A DNA stretch of 64,000 bases from Phoronis australis (GCA_002633005.1 NMRA01000016.1:1335661-1399660), one strand, 5' to 3'; shown: positions 48,502-61,459, numbered from the stretch's first letter. Made by a program: numbers and translations. Notes: generated by a model from the letters alone, not told the origin.

Positions 48502-50296
48502 GGTAGGTGTATACACTGGTCAAATCTCCAGGTTCCTATCTAAAATACGTATAGAAGGGGTTTTAACTAGTTACAAATGACTCTGAAAGTGACAAAAATC
48601 GAAAAAAAAATTATTGTAGTTCGGTTTTTAAAAAATCGTATTTGTTTCAAAAAAATCCAATTTTACCTCGAATTGTTTTTCAAAATGCACAGGGACTATC
48701 ATCAACTGTTTCCTTACGCAATATTCTACTTGTACATACCAAATATATGTACAAAATCATTATGATCTTGATTTTGTGGCTTTTTTGCGTCTGAGTTGGG
48801 GCAAGCACGCATCCTTCTGTCATTTGGTCACATTCCGTCTAATAACTAAAAATCTGGTCCATGTATCAAAAAACCCTGGCACTCGATTTTGCTTCAGTCC
48901 TAGAAGATTTCAAATTTGCAAATTTCGTAAAAATTGACCAACGTGGTGCTGAAAAATAGGCCCGAGAATCTTGTCACTAACGTGAAATCACGAGCCGAGA
49001 AAAACGGCTTTGAAGTTAAGCGGGCATCGATTGCCACTTGAGGTCAAAATTCGTTCAGAATGCGCAGCCATTATGTTCCAATTTTTGTTGATGTACTAGA
49101 AATAAAGCTGATATTTACTTCATGTTCAGAAAATGTGACATACCTATTTGTTTATAGCGTAATTTTAATCATTTTTGGGAACTTGTGAAGCACGACAGAC
49201 GACCAAAGGAAATATGGCTGTCACGTGGGCTGAGCTTAGCGTTGATCTATTGTCTGCTGTACTGTGCCGACCACACATCATTAAAACCATGTGTTGATTG
49301 TTTATGCGACTCATCTGAACTCTCCACTCAGTGTGGTAAAAGATTCTCTAACTGTATTACATAAACCTATTTGTTAGTTGGCCTATTCCAATATAAAATG
49401 TAGTTACCGTCTCTTCATCAGCCAATATAATTATGTGTTATATCAAATCGCCGCGTTACTGTTTACATAACAATATTGGCGACGAGGATAAAGAACTACT
49501 TTCATCGTAATGGTTCAACATTATTCACGTGCCTGTACCGCCAACATTTTGACCGGATGGGCTTTGGGATGAGAAAATAGCACTTTCAGTTAAAAAATCC
49601 CCCTGAGTTTGGCAGCCTAGTTTCTCCATGGCACGTTCCTAGCACAGAAGCACGGTTTATCTCCAAAGCTCTACTCTGACGGCATGTAGTTGTCCATGTC
49701 TCGCGCGCGCGGCGTGTCTTCACAGCGCGTACATGCACTCTCATCGAATCGTGCGACACAACCCACGTCGACGTTCAGCGTCCTCTCGCAAGACACCTCA
49801 CCTTTCCGACTTCTCCTGCACACGCATAATTCCTCAAACTGAGTGCAGTGATGGCTTCGGTAGGACTTGGCGTCCTCAACTTATTTTTTTGCAGAAGGAC
49901 AAACAGGCTCAGGCTCGGAACAGGAGCTATTTCACCATTTCACCACCAACTTTCACATGGTCAAAAATAGAACTATTTTATTCTAGGTCTCGCTACAACA
50001 TTAATATCAGCTGGTACAGCACTCTCGATTGCCCGGTTACGCAGTGTTTGTAGACAGGGTTAGATTAGAGCTAGTGTTCTGGTATAAGTTCCGCCCCACT
50101 TGGCAGTCACTGAGCTGGTGAGCACTCAAGCCATATGACTTACTAAAGCTTGGTCAAACAAAATTAAAAAAACAACATTGGATTTTCAGAATGATTTTAT
50201 TTTTCTTCAGTATACCGTGCATCAAGAATTAAAGATTAGGATGATATAAAAATGTAAAAAACGGTCAAAATTAATTTTTTTGTGTATCCTTCTACC
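48502..50296 (+). mobile_element. Non-autonomous TTAA-specific DNA transposon (Kolobok-type), copy 2
   Basis: TTAA|GGTAGGTGTATACAC ... GTGTATCCTTCTACC|TTAG. Inverted relative to copy 1. Confidence 0.85.
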
Positions 50297-50329
50297 TTAG
50301 GGGTTTCAAATAATAACCCCACATATGCA

Positions 50330-50336
50330 TGTGTGT

Positions 50337-50398
<62 letters not shown>

Positions 50399-50412
50399 GT
50401 TTGTGTGTGTGT
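50330..50412. repeat. (TG)n microsatellite
   Basis: About 40 units with few interruptions. Confidence 0.98.
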
Positions 50413-50869
50413 TTGGGTAGCAGACCTTTTCTATATATGTTTCATTGAAAAGTAAGCTGTTCTTGGCCTTACATAGTTTGTTAGTTTGTTCAACAAACTT
50501 TCGTATTGTCTAGATAAATGTCTTTCTTCAGAGAGCAGTTAAAATAGTAGATCACCGAATTAAATGTAAGTGGCATCACGAACCCGAAAGTATGAGTATA
50601 TATAAAATAAAACACTGTACAAAACATTTCATAGTAAAACAGTTGCTGTATTTCGATTAGACTTCAGTCATCCAAGGCAAATAAATTTAAAATCATAAAC
50701 GCTGTCATGTATGATACATGAAACAAGAACAATGACATTAAACACAAATATAAGGAAGCATATATAAGAGGGTAATTACATAAAGAATTGTCATAGAAAT
50801 TTATGTACAATAAAACGTTGTAAAATTTAATAAAATACATAGGTGTTGCAACATTTGGACATTATTTAT

Positions 50870-51950
50870 ATTACGACAAGGTACGATGGAACAAAGTATC
50901 TAGGGAATTTATGTCAGTAGTTTCAGTTTTCATTATTAAACCTTCGAGAATGTTCAAACGAAAGGAGTCCAGTTCGAAACACCTGACGATGGTATTGTCA
51001 ACAACTTGTGGACGGAAAAATTTTTGTTTGTGGAGTGTTTGAAAGTGATCTTTGATGGATCCATTTTGTAAATGCTTAGATAACAGGCGAGATAAAGTGC
51101 AAGTTGTATAATCAACTTATCTTGAGCAATCAGTGTTTGAACAAATACATTCGTTGTGAGGGCAATTGAACTGATAAATCAAGTCAGTTTTGGCTCACAT
51201 TCGGACAGACTTTTGTGCACATGCTGTTTTTAACCACAAAATCTTTTAGTTGTGTGGTTTTGGTAATATATAATTAACGAAAAGCTATCTTCTGGTTTTA
51301 TATTCTTAACATTATTATAGATGATCCGTTTCAAAACTCGTTCATCTTCCATATAACGTGAATGGAACTGGTTACGGTAGAATAATTTCTTGGTACAACC
51401 ATCTATTTGTTTTAAACGCGCAGGCTTCTGTAAGCAGCTTATGAAAAGCTTCATATTCTCATCAACAAACTTATTACTGTAAAAGTTATTGATCATAATT
51501 TGCATGATGCGATATCACTCAGTGTTAAAGGTTTCCCAATCTGAGCAAGCAGAATATGCTCTTTCCAAAAAGCTCGTCAAAACAGAGAGCTTATATCTGA
51601 AAGGACATTGGCTGGTTTCATGTAAACAAACCCCATCATATGTTGATTTCTTATATACTGAGGTTTTAATGCCAGATTCATCATAATCAACAAGTACGTC
51701 TAGGAACGGAAGCTTGTTGCTTACTGGTAATTCATGCGTGAATTTTAGTACAGAATTTTGCTCAAAACCAAGTCTGATCTCCATCAGCTTATTATGGCTA
51801 ACAATCATAAAATATCATCAACATTCTGCAGTACATGTTAGGCTTCTCTGGAAGACTATCAATAACCTTAGTTTCAAGGTAATAGTAACTTGGGAAAGTT
51901 TGAATGCATTTGCAAATTGTGTACTTAAGTGAGAACACAGAGTCCGGCCA
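50870..51950 (-). mobile_element. Degraded Penelope-like retroelement (RT C-half + GIY-YIG region)
   Basis: Frameshifted YCR(Y)VDDIF, LKFTHE..NKLPFLDV, TSVYKKST, SQCPFRYK..ERAYSACS, LIYQFNCP, TTCTLSRLLSKH and LNILEGLIMK. Multiple stops and frameshifts. Confidence 0.85.
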
Positions 51951-52286
51951 TTGTCATTAAAGGCGAAGGCAACCTTTTTCCATGTCATTTTGAGCTAAAA
52001 TAAGGTTGTTTGGTTATCCTAGACAAATTTTCCACTTAATTACAGCTTTTCGCAATTTTATTAATTACTCGTTCGCTACTCCGGAAGTGACGTTTTAGGA
52101 GGCAAGCGTTTCCCGCCACTTGGTTTTGCGTTGACTTTACCGTGCGAATCTGTTCTATTCTACTTTTGTTTTGTGCTGTTTTTCAACAATTGTCGCCAGC
52201 ACTTTCCATCGGCGAGTATTCTGCAGCAACAAAGGTTAGTAGAGAACGTTGGATTTAGGGATTGTTTAGTGTGTTGTAAGCTGAAA

Positions 52287-52749
52287 ATGGCTGGAGTCGG
52301 TGACCCGTATCACAGTGACAGTAGTGTGAGTGACGGAGACCTGCTTCCCGTTCAGTAACGCTAGGACCTCGCTAAAAAGCAAGACTTCGCAAGATTACGT
52401 GAGATATTGCCGTGTATTTTAAATGAGAACACGTGACTTGGACTAGGCTTTAGCTAGGTGCTAGCGTAGGTCCTAGCGTCTACTGAACGCACGCCTTGTT
52501 CACAGCAGTTGTGACGAGGAATTCTTTCACGGACATTCGGTGGGTGGGTACATGTTCATGAGCCCGAGTATATTGAGGCAGAGTACGCACAGGCACAGGC
52601 AGCTGTTGAGAGAAACGAGGCGGCTACTGAGGACAGACGTGGTGACACATCTTGGTGCAAACGCACTGTGTGCCTTGTTATGCCTACCTCAATGGAATGC
52701 TTGTGCTGTTCAGAGTTCGACGAGGCCAAGCCACTACTGGACATGGTTA
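52287..52749 (+). pseudogene. KolX-like remnant (homologous to the P2X7 cytoplasmic ballast domain)
   Basis: MAGVGDPYHSDSSVSDGDL[MITE]VHSSCDEEFFHGHSVGGYMF/EPEY...DTSWCKRTVCLVMPTSMECLCCSEF. The YxFEPE and WCxxxxCxxMxTxxECxCCxE motifs are typical of this family. One MITE insertion, one frameshift, 3'-truncated. Confidence 0.75.
52344..52494. mobile_element. 151-bp MITE inserted in the KolX remnant
   Basis: Flanks are CTG/CTT. Removing the MITE and one TSD restores the reading frame. Confidence 0.85.
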
Positions 52750-53286
52750 AGTGGACCTCCGGCATACCACGGACAAAGGAACAACTGTCCCACTTGCCAG
52801 AGTGTCCCGTTACACACTCCCACTGGATGGTGACCTGAGCACCCAAACTGCTTACATCGTTTCGTGTGACTCCCTCGCCACACACCTGGCACCTTCTAAA
52901 TAGCTCTAACACTTTAGACAAGTCCACAATAAACTTATCAAAGTTTGGCTCACCGATCTGTTCACTGGACGACGAATAGTCCTCTTCACTGGGTGTCGAA
53001 CTGGGCCTGTAATCACTCCCACTACTCAATATCGCTGCAGGAGGGCTGCTTAGAGGCTCTGGGCTGGAGAAAACAGCACAGGGCGAATCACTACTGGTTC
53101 CAGGAATTGCACGCTCTGGGGTACGTTCGGAGGCACGGGTGACAGTAGATGAAGTGCCTCCACTGGCTCCAGTCACTGTACTGGACACAGCTCGCGAGGC
53201 CTCTCGCTTCAAAAACGCACTTCTCGGGGGAAGCGACGGGGCACTGCCGGGAATCAACACAGACGGAATGGCATCCTTCTTCAGGC
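52750..53286 (-). pseudogene. Kolobok transposase N-terminal remnant
   Basis: RLKKDAIPSV (THAP AVP-box-like), a Ser-rich linker, then KFIVDLSKVLELFRRCQVCG...WECVTGHSGKWDS (CxxC...CxxxH). The catalytic region is deleted. Confidence 0.75.
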
Positions 53287-54081
53287 GAGGTAGAACAATG
53301 ACTGACTCGGCAGCTCTCACAGTCAGACTATATGAAAAGAAATTGTCGCGAAATGCTTGCCTCCTAAAACGTCACTTCCGGAGTAGCAGACGAGTAATTA
53401 ATAAAATTACGAAAAGCTGTAATTAAGTGTAAAATATGTCTAGTATAACCAACCAACCTTATTTTAGCTCAAAATGACATGGAAAAAGGTTGCCTTTGCC
53501 TTTAACCATTTTGGACACAGCGAAGTCAATGTAAAAACCTTTTACATCTTTTTCCAGTCAACCAACTTCAGGTGCTGTTACTTCTTGCTGAAGTATTCGG
53601 CCGCGTCAACACAGATCACGATTAGGGTGCATTTGATCCAACACTGTTTTGGGTGAGGGCTGCGAAACCAGTTCAAGCAAAAGATATCCATACGAGGAAA
53701 AGAGTTAAGTCACAAGAGTCCATTTACGAAGAAGTCAAAAGAAAAACGAGAAGGCAAAGCTGAATACACCGAGCGAAAAGAGTTCGAAAGGGATATAGAG
53801 ACAGATTTAGCACGTGAGTTGGATAAAATTGATAAACTTTTCCAAGGAAAAAGTTTGAGATTCATGTGAGCGTTCAAGCATATCGGAATGAAATCTAATG
53901 GAGACCCATTAGAATTGAAAATAAACTTTGTCGTGCCAAACGTTAAGCAACTGCCTACGTCAAAAGTGGATATGTCTATAACTCCTGGAATTATTCATGA
54001 GCTTGTTGGTATCGCTCCCAAAGCCAGTGCGTATCAATTGATATTTGACAAATAGTAGGTAAATGTCGGGAAAACTATAAC

Positions 54082-55075
54082 TGGCCCGTAGCCAGCATTG
54101 CGCGGGGGGAGGTTGTAATTTCTAGAAAGGTGAACCTTTGGTATTTTGCAAATGTCGACACTAGAGTTTTGAACGGCAACGATGGCTCTCAGTTCTATGT
54201 TTCTGAGATTAGATGAAATTCGTAATACCAGAAATGAGGATGCCGTGACGGTTGCTCGCAAAGAACGGGACTCAAATTCGAATGGAATGTGGTCCAAAAG
54301 TAGAACGTTCTCGCGTTACCTTCTGCCAAACTTTCAAACCATGGCGTGTTACAACTCATTACATACTCGGACGGAAATATTTAGGTGGATAATGAATTTA
54401 CGTAAGTTCTCGCGTGATTGTATTTTTGCGTATTACTCATTGCTTACATCGCTGGAAATAGAAACAACCCACTATTCCGAAGGTTCCATATTCTGAAGAT
54501 TCACTACTTCAAAGGTTCACTTCTCCTAAATTTCACTACTCCGCAAATCTCTAAACTTTCTGACTCGAGAGTAATTGTTATAGTTTTAAATGTAAAAGTA
54601 AACGACACTTCGGTTATTACATGCAACTGTATCGGAACCAACCACCGGGTAATAAATCACGTTGTTTGGATTTCGTGCGCATGCTAAATTGCCCGCATGT
54701 CTTTCGAATATTGAAAAGTGAGCATGTACTTGCATTTCTAAAGGAATATAAAGTAGGCATATTGATGAATTATCAACGATAAATCCATGTCAAGATCGCA
54801 TCATCTCACAGTTCGACTGAAAAGTTTAGGGCGGCTGCACCTCATTCTTGCCCCCCGAAACTAATCGCACGGCCGAGTCGAAAGTAAAGTAGTAGGTTAC
54901 ACTGTCCATGCCAGACTTCACGAAAGTCTCATCCCGACTTCTTTAAATTTAAAACTGCGGTTGCTCCACCCAGCCCGAGCCAATGCCCCCGAGTATTCAG
55001 TCAGATTCAAGAATCACGATTGGCAGTCATTGGAACTGAGTTCGATGGTAAACAATGTAGCTGTAATTAATGTTT
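54082..55075 (+). mobile_element. Family B, partial copy
   Basis: Starts GGCCCGTAGCCAGC; collinear with 3075-4085. Confidence 0.75.
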
Positions 55076-55466
55076 AGATACTATCCAACTCTTGCACACC
55101 CTTTAAATTATTAATAAATGAACGAAAATATAATACTTTATTTACTGTCAGTTCCGATTCATTTTTAGACAAACAGAGTAATGAAATGTCGGAGTTCTGG
55201 TTTCGGAATTGCGGACGTTCGAAGTAGTGAACTTTCAATGGTGGCGAACGTTTGGAGTAGTGAACCTTCGGAGTAAACCCTCGGATGATTTCCAGCACAC
55301 GGAAAGTCCCGGGGTTGTTTGTAAACTAGTAATTCGTTTGCATATTCACAATTGAGTGAGAAATGACGTCTTTAACTTGGTTATGCTGGGGATTAATAGT
55401 ACCAGTTGCTGCAACGATTTTATTGTTGTTGTTGTCCATTTATATGTTGCAGGTTACTCAAACCTG

Positions 55467-55604
55467 TCCCGAGTTCAGTAACTCCAGGACTTCGCTGAAA
55501 AGCAAGACTTCGCAAGATTAAGTAAGATGTTGCTATGTATTTTAAATGAGAACGCGTGATTTTGGCTAGATTTTTGTGAGGTCCTAGCATTACTGAACTC
55601 CACC
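55467..55604. mobile_element. 138-bp related MITE with CTG TSD
   Basis: CTG on both flanks; GAGTTCAGTAA/TTACTGAACTC inverted ends. Confidence 0.8.
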
Positions 55605-58320
55605 CTGTTGAAGCGACATGTTAAAACTGGTCGTGGAGAACACTGATGTATCTAAATGGCTCCCAAGTTTATTTTATCGTTGTTTGTCTTTTCTCTTTTG
55701 CATGTAACGGTTACTACGATAAACAACTCAAGATTGGAAATGCCTGTTTGTAAATAATTATTTAAAAATCTCGATTATTGGTTGAAAATTTCATCTTCAT
55801 AAATGGAAAAGAGGGAGCAAAGAATTTTATTGGGCTAAGGTCTTTGAACTTTACTTCCCACGAACACTAATCCTCCATGAACCCAATAAAACATCATTTG
55901 AATATCTGTGTGCAATACAGGTCAGGTAATGGATACGTTGAAAAGGTGTGTGGTGTGGTTAGACTCCATTTGCTGGAAGACAACATAGTGGGAGACGTGC
56001 GTTTGAGACATATGTTCCGCTGAAGCTGCTGTATTCGACATTCCAACGCCACTGCGCTTTCTCTTTGCCACATTATGTTCGCACAACAATCCGACCCCAT
56101 GCTCTACCATGTATCATGGTAACAGCACCAAGCTAATTTGATTGAGGACTTTGTTCACACAATTTTGTGCTGTTTGATAAACTTTGAATTATACAGGCAT
56201 CACACTCCATGGGAGCAGCCATATTAAAGTAACTAAGCACAACAATACAATCTGGCTCTCTGATTGGTCAATTGAGTAGAAAAGCGCCACCAAGTGGCAG
56301 GAATGTTCATAATATTTTGTGCAACAAAAACACCTTTTTTTAAAAAAATGTGCAAATGTAGAAGTGGGAGCTTTTTGGAATTTGATTTATAGGTATATTA
56401 TCTAGCCACATAGAAAAAGCTAGGTNGTACTCACTATGAGATCTGGCCCACCGACTATACAGCTAAACACGTGAAACATACATTCACAAATAGATCTGTA
56501 CATGTGAATTTGAGGTAAGGTAATAAAGACACATTGCGTGTAAGTACTTCGTGGTTTTACCACCATCACATTTGTTTGCGGTGAAATAACTATAAAAACG
56601 GACGTTCGACAAAGAATGAAATGCGATAAACAAAAAATTGGACGACAATAGCAAATAATACTTAAAAGCATTGATAACAGCACAGCTTTTAGATGATATT
56701 TTTGTTTCCTAACTCAAGCATGTACCACCAGGGCAACTTCCGATGTGTAGCGTAAACCAGGCTAAAGCTGCTAACTGGTAACCGTGCGAATCACGGGTTC
56801 CAGCTAGTGGAAATAATAAACAACTTGTATGCTTGCATCTACACGAGTACCGTGTACGTGATGGTACTCCAATCACAAACTAAAGTGGCATTTAACTTGC
56901 GATCAAACGTAAGGCCCATACTAGCACACTGTTCATTATAATAAAATTTTACACTCTACCACAGCGTGATCATAAATTAAAGTGGTATAAATGGTGAGAT
57001 CAAACTTAATGCCTGTACCAGCAGCCAATGGTAATAAATTGCAAATCGTGTACCGTTTACGTGACGGTACTTCAACAACAGTGTGATCATAAATTAAATT
57101 GGTATAGAACGTGAAAAACGGACTAATTTCCGCAATTCAAAGTGGCTCTCTGCTACTGAAACAAAAGCCAAATTGTTCATTTTACGCGTTTTTATAAAGA
57201 TTTTGAATTTCTGTTGATGTCAAAGCATTTTTTCTTTACTTTCATATTTCAAAAAAAACGATCTTTCAACTGCTCGCCGCTTCCTCGATTTTCTCATACA
57301 CAACAAAGTACATGACGCAACTTTTGTAAAAACACGCTATTTTGCGCAATGTAAAGTAATTCAGTTACTTTTTGTTAATAGTTTTATTTTGACCTTAACA
57401 GTTGTAAATTGCATCCAGCTTTAGTAGCAAATATTCAAGTAAGAATCTAATAGTCTTTGAAGTAATATTAAAACTTAAAAATGTTGATAAATAACGGTCA
57501 GCAAGGCTTTCCCGCCTGCGCGTAGCACTGAATTGACCTTTAGACAGCACAGCTAGACAGTCTCGCGTTCCTCCAGTTGGGGCTCGTCTCCGTTTGGATA
57601 AAGAATTCGTTGCCGAAGATGGGTCCGTTTAAGAAGTTGTTTGAATGTCTTTCCGACTGGGAGTGCGTACAGTTGCGACACCCGATTGGTCAATCATAAC
57701 CTTTCCGGAATTCCGGCATTGTTTGGTTGGCGCGTTTGGTTGTTTTAGTGTTTTGCAGACGACAAAATGTAAGGCGTATGGATTTCTACTTTGCACTACT
57801 TCATGATTTGCCTATATCAAAAAATTAAGTACTCGTTTTTATCCCATACGGGCTGAATCTGTCGAGTGCAATACGGCCATTTAATAAATGTTTTCCGTAT
57901 TCACCTCTCGCGGAATAATGTCTCCTGGGATATTACTTCATCAACGCCACTCTCGGTACGTTTTGTGTATTTATTAACCAGTCGAGTTCTAAGTATCTAT
58001 CGAGATTCTTGGTGGAGCTTCAAGAAATTTGGTATAAACGTTCCACTTAAGAAAGTACACCTCACATTGGTTTTGGTTGGAATCTGATTACTGTTGCTTC
58101 TCCTGGTGTCAGTTTAGATTTTCGTTGCGTATAGCTCTAATTCAGCCATGTTCTTTGGTCGATGTTCATGAACATTTGCAAATACTGTGAGTTTCGTCTG
58201 CCTTCTTTCCGACAAATTTGTCTGATCTTGTGGTCCTTCGAGACTTTTCTATTTCATTCAGTTTATGATACTCATAAACAAACGTACTGTTTGCGGTGCG
58301 ATCACAAGAATGTTCGTTAA

Positions 58321-58767
58321 AGGCGAAGGCAACCTTTTTCATGTCATTTTTAGCAAAAAATAAGGCTCGTTGATTATCCCAGACATATTTTTCACTTATT
58401 TACTGCTTTTCGTAATTTAAATTTAATTTATTACTCGTCGTCTACTCCGGAAGAGACGTTTTGGGAGGCAAGAATTTCGCGCTAATTTCTTTTCATATAG
58501 TCTACTGTGAGAGCAGTCGAGTCAGTCATTGTTCTACCTCGGTTGTGATAAGTTAGGTCGTCGTTTGCTTTTGTTTACGAGTCAGTCAACATGCCACGCT
58601 GTTGCTGCGTACTGGGGTGTACTCACGTACAGAGGAAGAACTGTCCCACTTGCCCGAGTGTCCCGCGACACACTCCCACTGGAGGGTGATCTGAGCACCC
58701 AAACAGCTTACATCCCGCCGTGTGACTCCCTCGCCACACACCTAGCACCTTCCAAATAGCTCCAATA
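58321..58767 (+). mobile_element. Second, rearranged Kolobok fragment interrupted by the Gypsy element
   Basis: TTAA|AGGCGAAGGCAACC TIR; THAP start MPRCCCVLGCT at 58591; 58624-58765 matches 52767-52908. Confidence 0.8.
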
Positions 58768-58906
58768 TGTACTGTATATAAAGATGATTTCTTTGATAAC
58801 GATTTATTATCTGACTAGTAAACTTGACACTACTTATCGCTACGTCATCAACTTGTGTGTTATACAAAGAGCGGCCTCTAGGGTAAACTAAAGTAACTAC
58901 ATTACA
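58768..58906 (-). repeat. 3' LTR (139 bp) of the Gypsy element
   Basis: TGTAAT...AGTACA, directly after the polypurine tract AAGGAGGGAGAGA (58907-58919); contains AATAAA. Confidence 0.8.
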
Positions 58907-59041
58907 TCTCTCCCTCCTTACGAATAGACATTACACAATCGAGACCGTCAATATAAAAATCAACTAATAAAACTGTCTTTAGCAGATGAGCAAACAAACA
59001 TCTATGACTAGAACGACTAAAGTCTATCAAACATGGTGGCA

Positions 59042-60198
59042 CTAAATGTCCATCACGAAGTTCTCATATTTCGCAGGCGCGTTCCTAGTTCTGCTCGAAC
59101 GACGTAACTGTGGTTCGTCACTTGCAGTCATCTCCTTGGATGAGGTATCTTCAGATCCTGGTTCTGGTTGAGACTTGTCACAAAGGTCTGGTATTTTCTT
59201 CATGTGCGATGAATTTCTGGTAACCACATGACCATCACGTGCTGCGGTGATCATATTTCCTTTCTTCTCAACCACTTCGTAAGGTAAGGGTTTATATGGT
59301 GTTGAGAGCTTGCTGGTTTTCTCTTGCTTAACTAGAACTGTGTCTCCAGGCTGCAAAGGACACGTTTTGTCAGCGTTGTTACGACTATCAGCCATGTCCT
59401 TCATGTATGTTTTCATACGAGCATCTCTGGTGCGAGCAAAATCAAGCTTCTCTTCAAAGGTCACCTTCTTCGGCTTTGTAAGTGTTGGAAGTTCCGTTCT
59501 GAGTTTTCTGCCATTTAACATTTCAGAGGGAGACATGCCAGTGGTTGACTGGGGTGTTGCTCTGTAATCACGCAGAAAAGTATACAGTTCCTGCTTCCAA
59601 CTTCCTTTTTCCACCATGACTGCACGGATTGCCTTTTCAAGAGTTCTCATAAACCTCTCTGCCTCACCATTTGCCTGGGGGTAACGTGGAGTTATTTTCT
59701 TGTGTTTAAAACCAAAAAGTTTTGCCCAATTTGCAAACTCCTCACTCTGGAAAGGCGGTCCGTTTTCTGATTTTACCACTTCTGGAATTCCTTGACGTGC
59801 AAATATAGTGTCTAGGTTCGGGATTGTTGCTTTCGCCGATATGGAATACAAAATTTCTAACTCAGGAAATCGGCTGTAGTCATCCATAACAACCAGAATG
59901 TATTCACCCGTCTTGAATTCTCCGCAAAAATCTATGGATACCTCCTTCCATGGTCCAGTTGGTAATTCGGTCATTCTCAATGGTTCATGGTTCTTTGTTT
60001 CTGTGCAAGCTTGACATGGAATACAGCTTCGCACAACGCTTTCTACGTGTTTGTCAGTACCTGGGAACCACACGGCTTGTCGCAGAAAGGCTTTCGTCTT
60101 CACGATTCCTTGGTGACTAGATTGAGCAATGTTAACAGCTCTACTCTGTAGTTTACTTGGGAGTATTATTCTATCACCTCTCAAAATCAGTCCGTCTT
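59042..60198 (-). pseudogene. Gypsy integrase domain (degenerate)
   Basis: AQSSHQG...CIPC (first His of HHCC lost), SIDFCG, KSENGPPF (second catalytic Asp changed to Glu), NGEAERF, YRATP and a GPY-like KPLPYEV. Confidence 0.92.
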
Positions 60199-61095
60199 AG
60201 TTAGTCTCCTGAGTGGTTCGACTGTGGTACTGTAGTTCGGGATGAAACTCGCAAGATATTGGGCCATGCCCAGCCAGCTACGAATTTCTTCGACATTTTG
60301 CGGCTGACTTGCATTGACAATTGCCGAAATCTTGTCATCGCTGGGACTTACTCCGTCTCCACTGAAAATGTGACCAAAGAATGAAATCTTTGTTTTGAAG
60401 AATTCGCATTTGCTTCTGTTTGCTGTGACATTGAATTCTCTCAGTCTCTGTAGTACTTGTCGTATTGTCTTTATGTGCTCATCCTTCGTCTTGCTGAATA
60501 GAATTATGTCGTCTGACATATTCCTCACACTTGGGATGTCCGCTAACATGTCAGCAACTGCCTTCTGGAATATCTCAGCAGCTGAGTTGATACCCATGCT
60601 CAAAACTTTGTAACGGTAGAGGCCTTGGTGTGTTACAAATGTTGTGATGTAACGACTTTCGGGATGAAGCTCCAACTGATGGTAGCCCTTGTTTAAGTCA
60701 ATCTTCGAGAAATACTTTGACCCATTCATGTCAACAATCAAGTCATGAATAGTGTTCATGGGATACCGCTCACGTTCTATGGCCGAGTTAATTGCTCGAC
60801 TGTCGATACATATGCGTACACTGTCATCCGGTTTTCTAACCGCAACAATGGGGCTTACCCATGGTGTGGGACCTTCAGCGTCTTCAATTATTTCGAGATC
60901 CTTTAAACGCCTGATTTCGTCTTCAATCTGCGGTGGACGGTGAAAGGGAATGGTGCGCTTCTGCGCTATCGGCTTAATAGATTTGTCTATGTTGAGTCTG
61001 ACCTTGACCCCTTTCATGCCACCAATTCCGTTGAATCTATCGCTGTACTCGTCTATGAGCTGTTCCACCGTGTCTGAAACATCTTCAATTGTCAC
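60187..61095 (-). pseudogene. pol: Gypsy reverse transcriptase domain
   Basis: PTPWVSPIV, VRICIDSR, FSKIDLNKGYHQL, MGINSAAEIFQ, NMSDDII, KCEF, FFGH. Confidence 0.93.
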
Positions 61096-61459
61096 TGTGC
61101 TGAGAAATGTGATAAGACCCAGCTTTTGTGATGTCTCAAACCAAGTAAGTTTCCTGCTGTACCTTTCACAACGTAAATCTCGGGGACAGTAGCCAGCTTC
61201 GTTTGTGGTGCCTTCACTGTGTCTTTGAAGTAGCCTAACACAGGTAGTTGAATTCTTGCATTATCTGGTTCATAAGAGTATAGTTTCTTTAATGACTTAT
61301 TTAGCGTTTTGACGTTTAGTCGTCGGAACGTGTCCTCTCCAATGACGTTGACTTCCGCACCAGAGTCCAGAAGCCAGTTGACTTCTCCTCCTGTCAAGCG
61401 AAGTGTAGCATGTTTCGTCATCTTCCCTCCAGTCGTTATAGGTGCTATGGATACTGGAT
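61096..61459 (-). pseudogene. Gypsy aspartic protease domain (frameshifted on both sides)
   Basis: WLLDSGAEVNVI and NLLG motifs. Confidence 0.85.

Larger units (their letters stand above)
51961..53501. mobile_element. Internally deleted Kolobok DNA transposon
   Basis: TTAA TSDs (51957-51960, 53502-53505), ~155-bp TIRs starting AGGCGAAGGCAACC, and two convergent coding remnants. Confidence 0.88.

Noticed and set aside
49733-50053. 106-aa ORF inside the TTAA element
   Set aside because: The second copy (40274-40661) has frame-breaking indels in the same region and no domain is recognisable.
52556-53320. 254-aa ORF as an intact protein
   Set aside because: It is a chimera of 5' UTR, transposase stub and antisense KolX created by two deletions.
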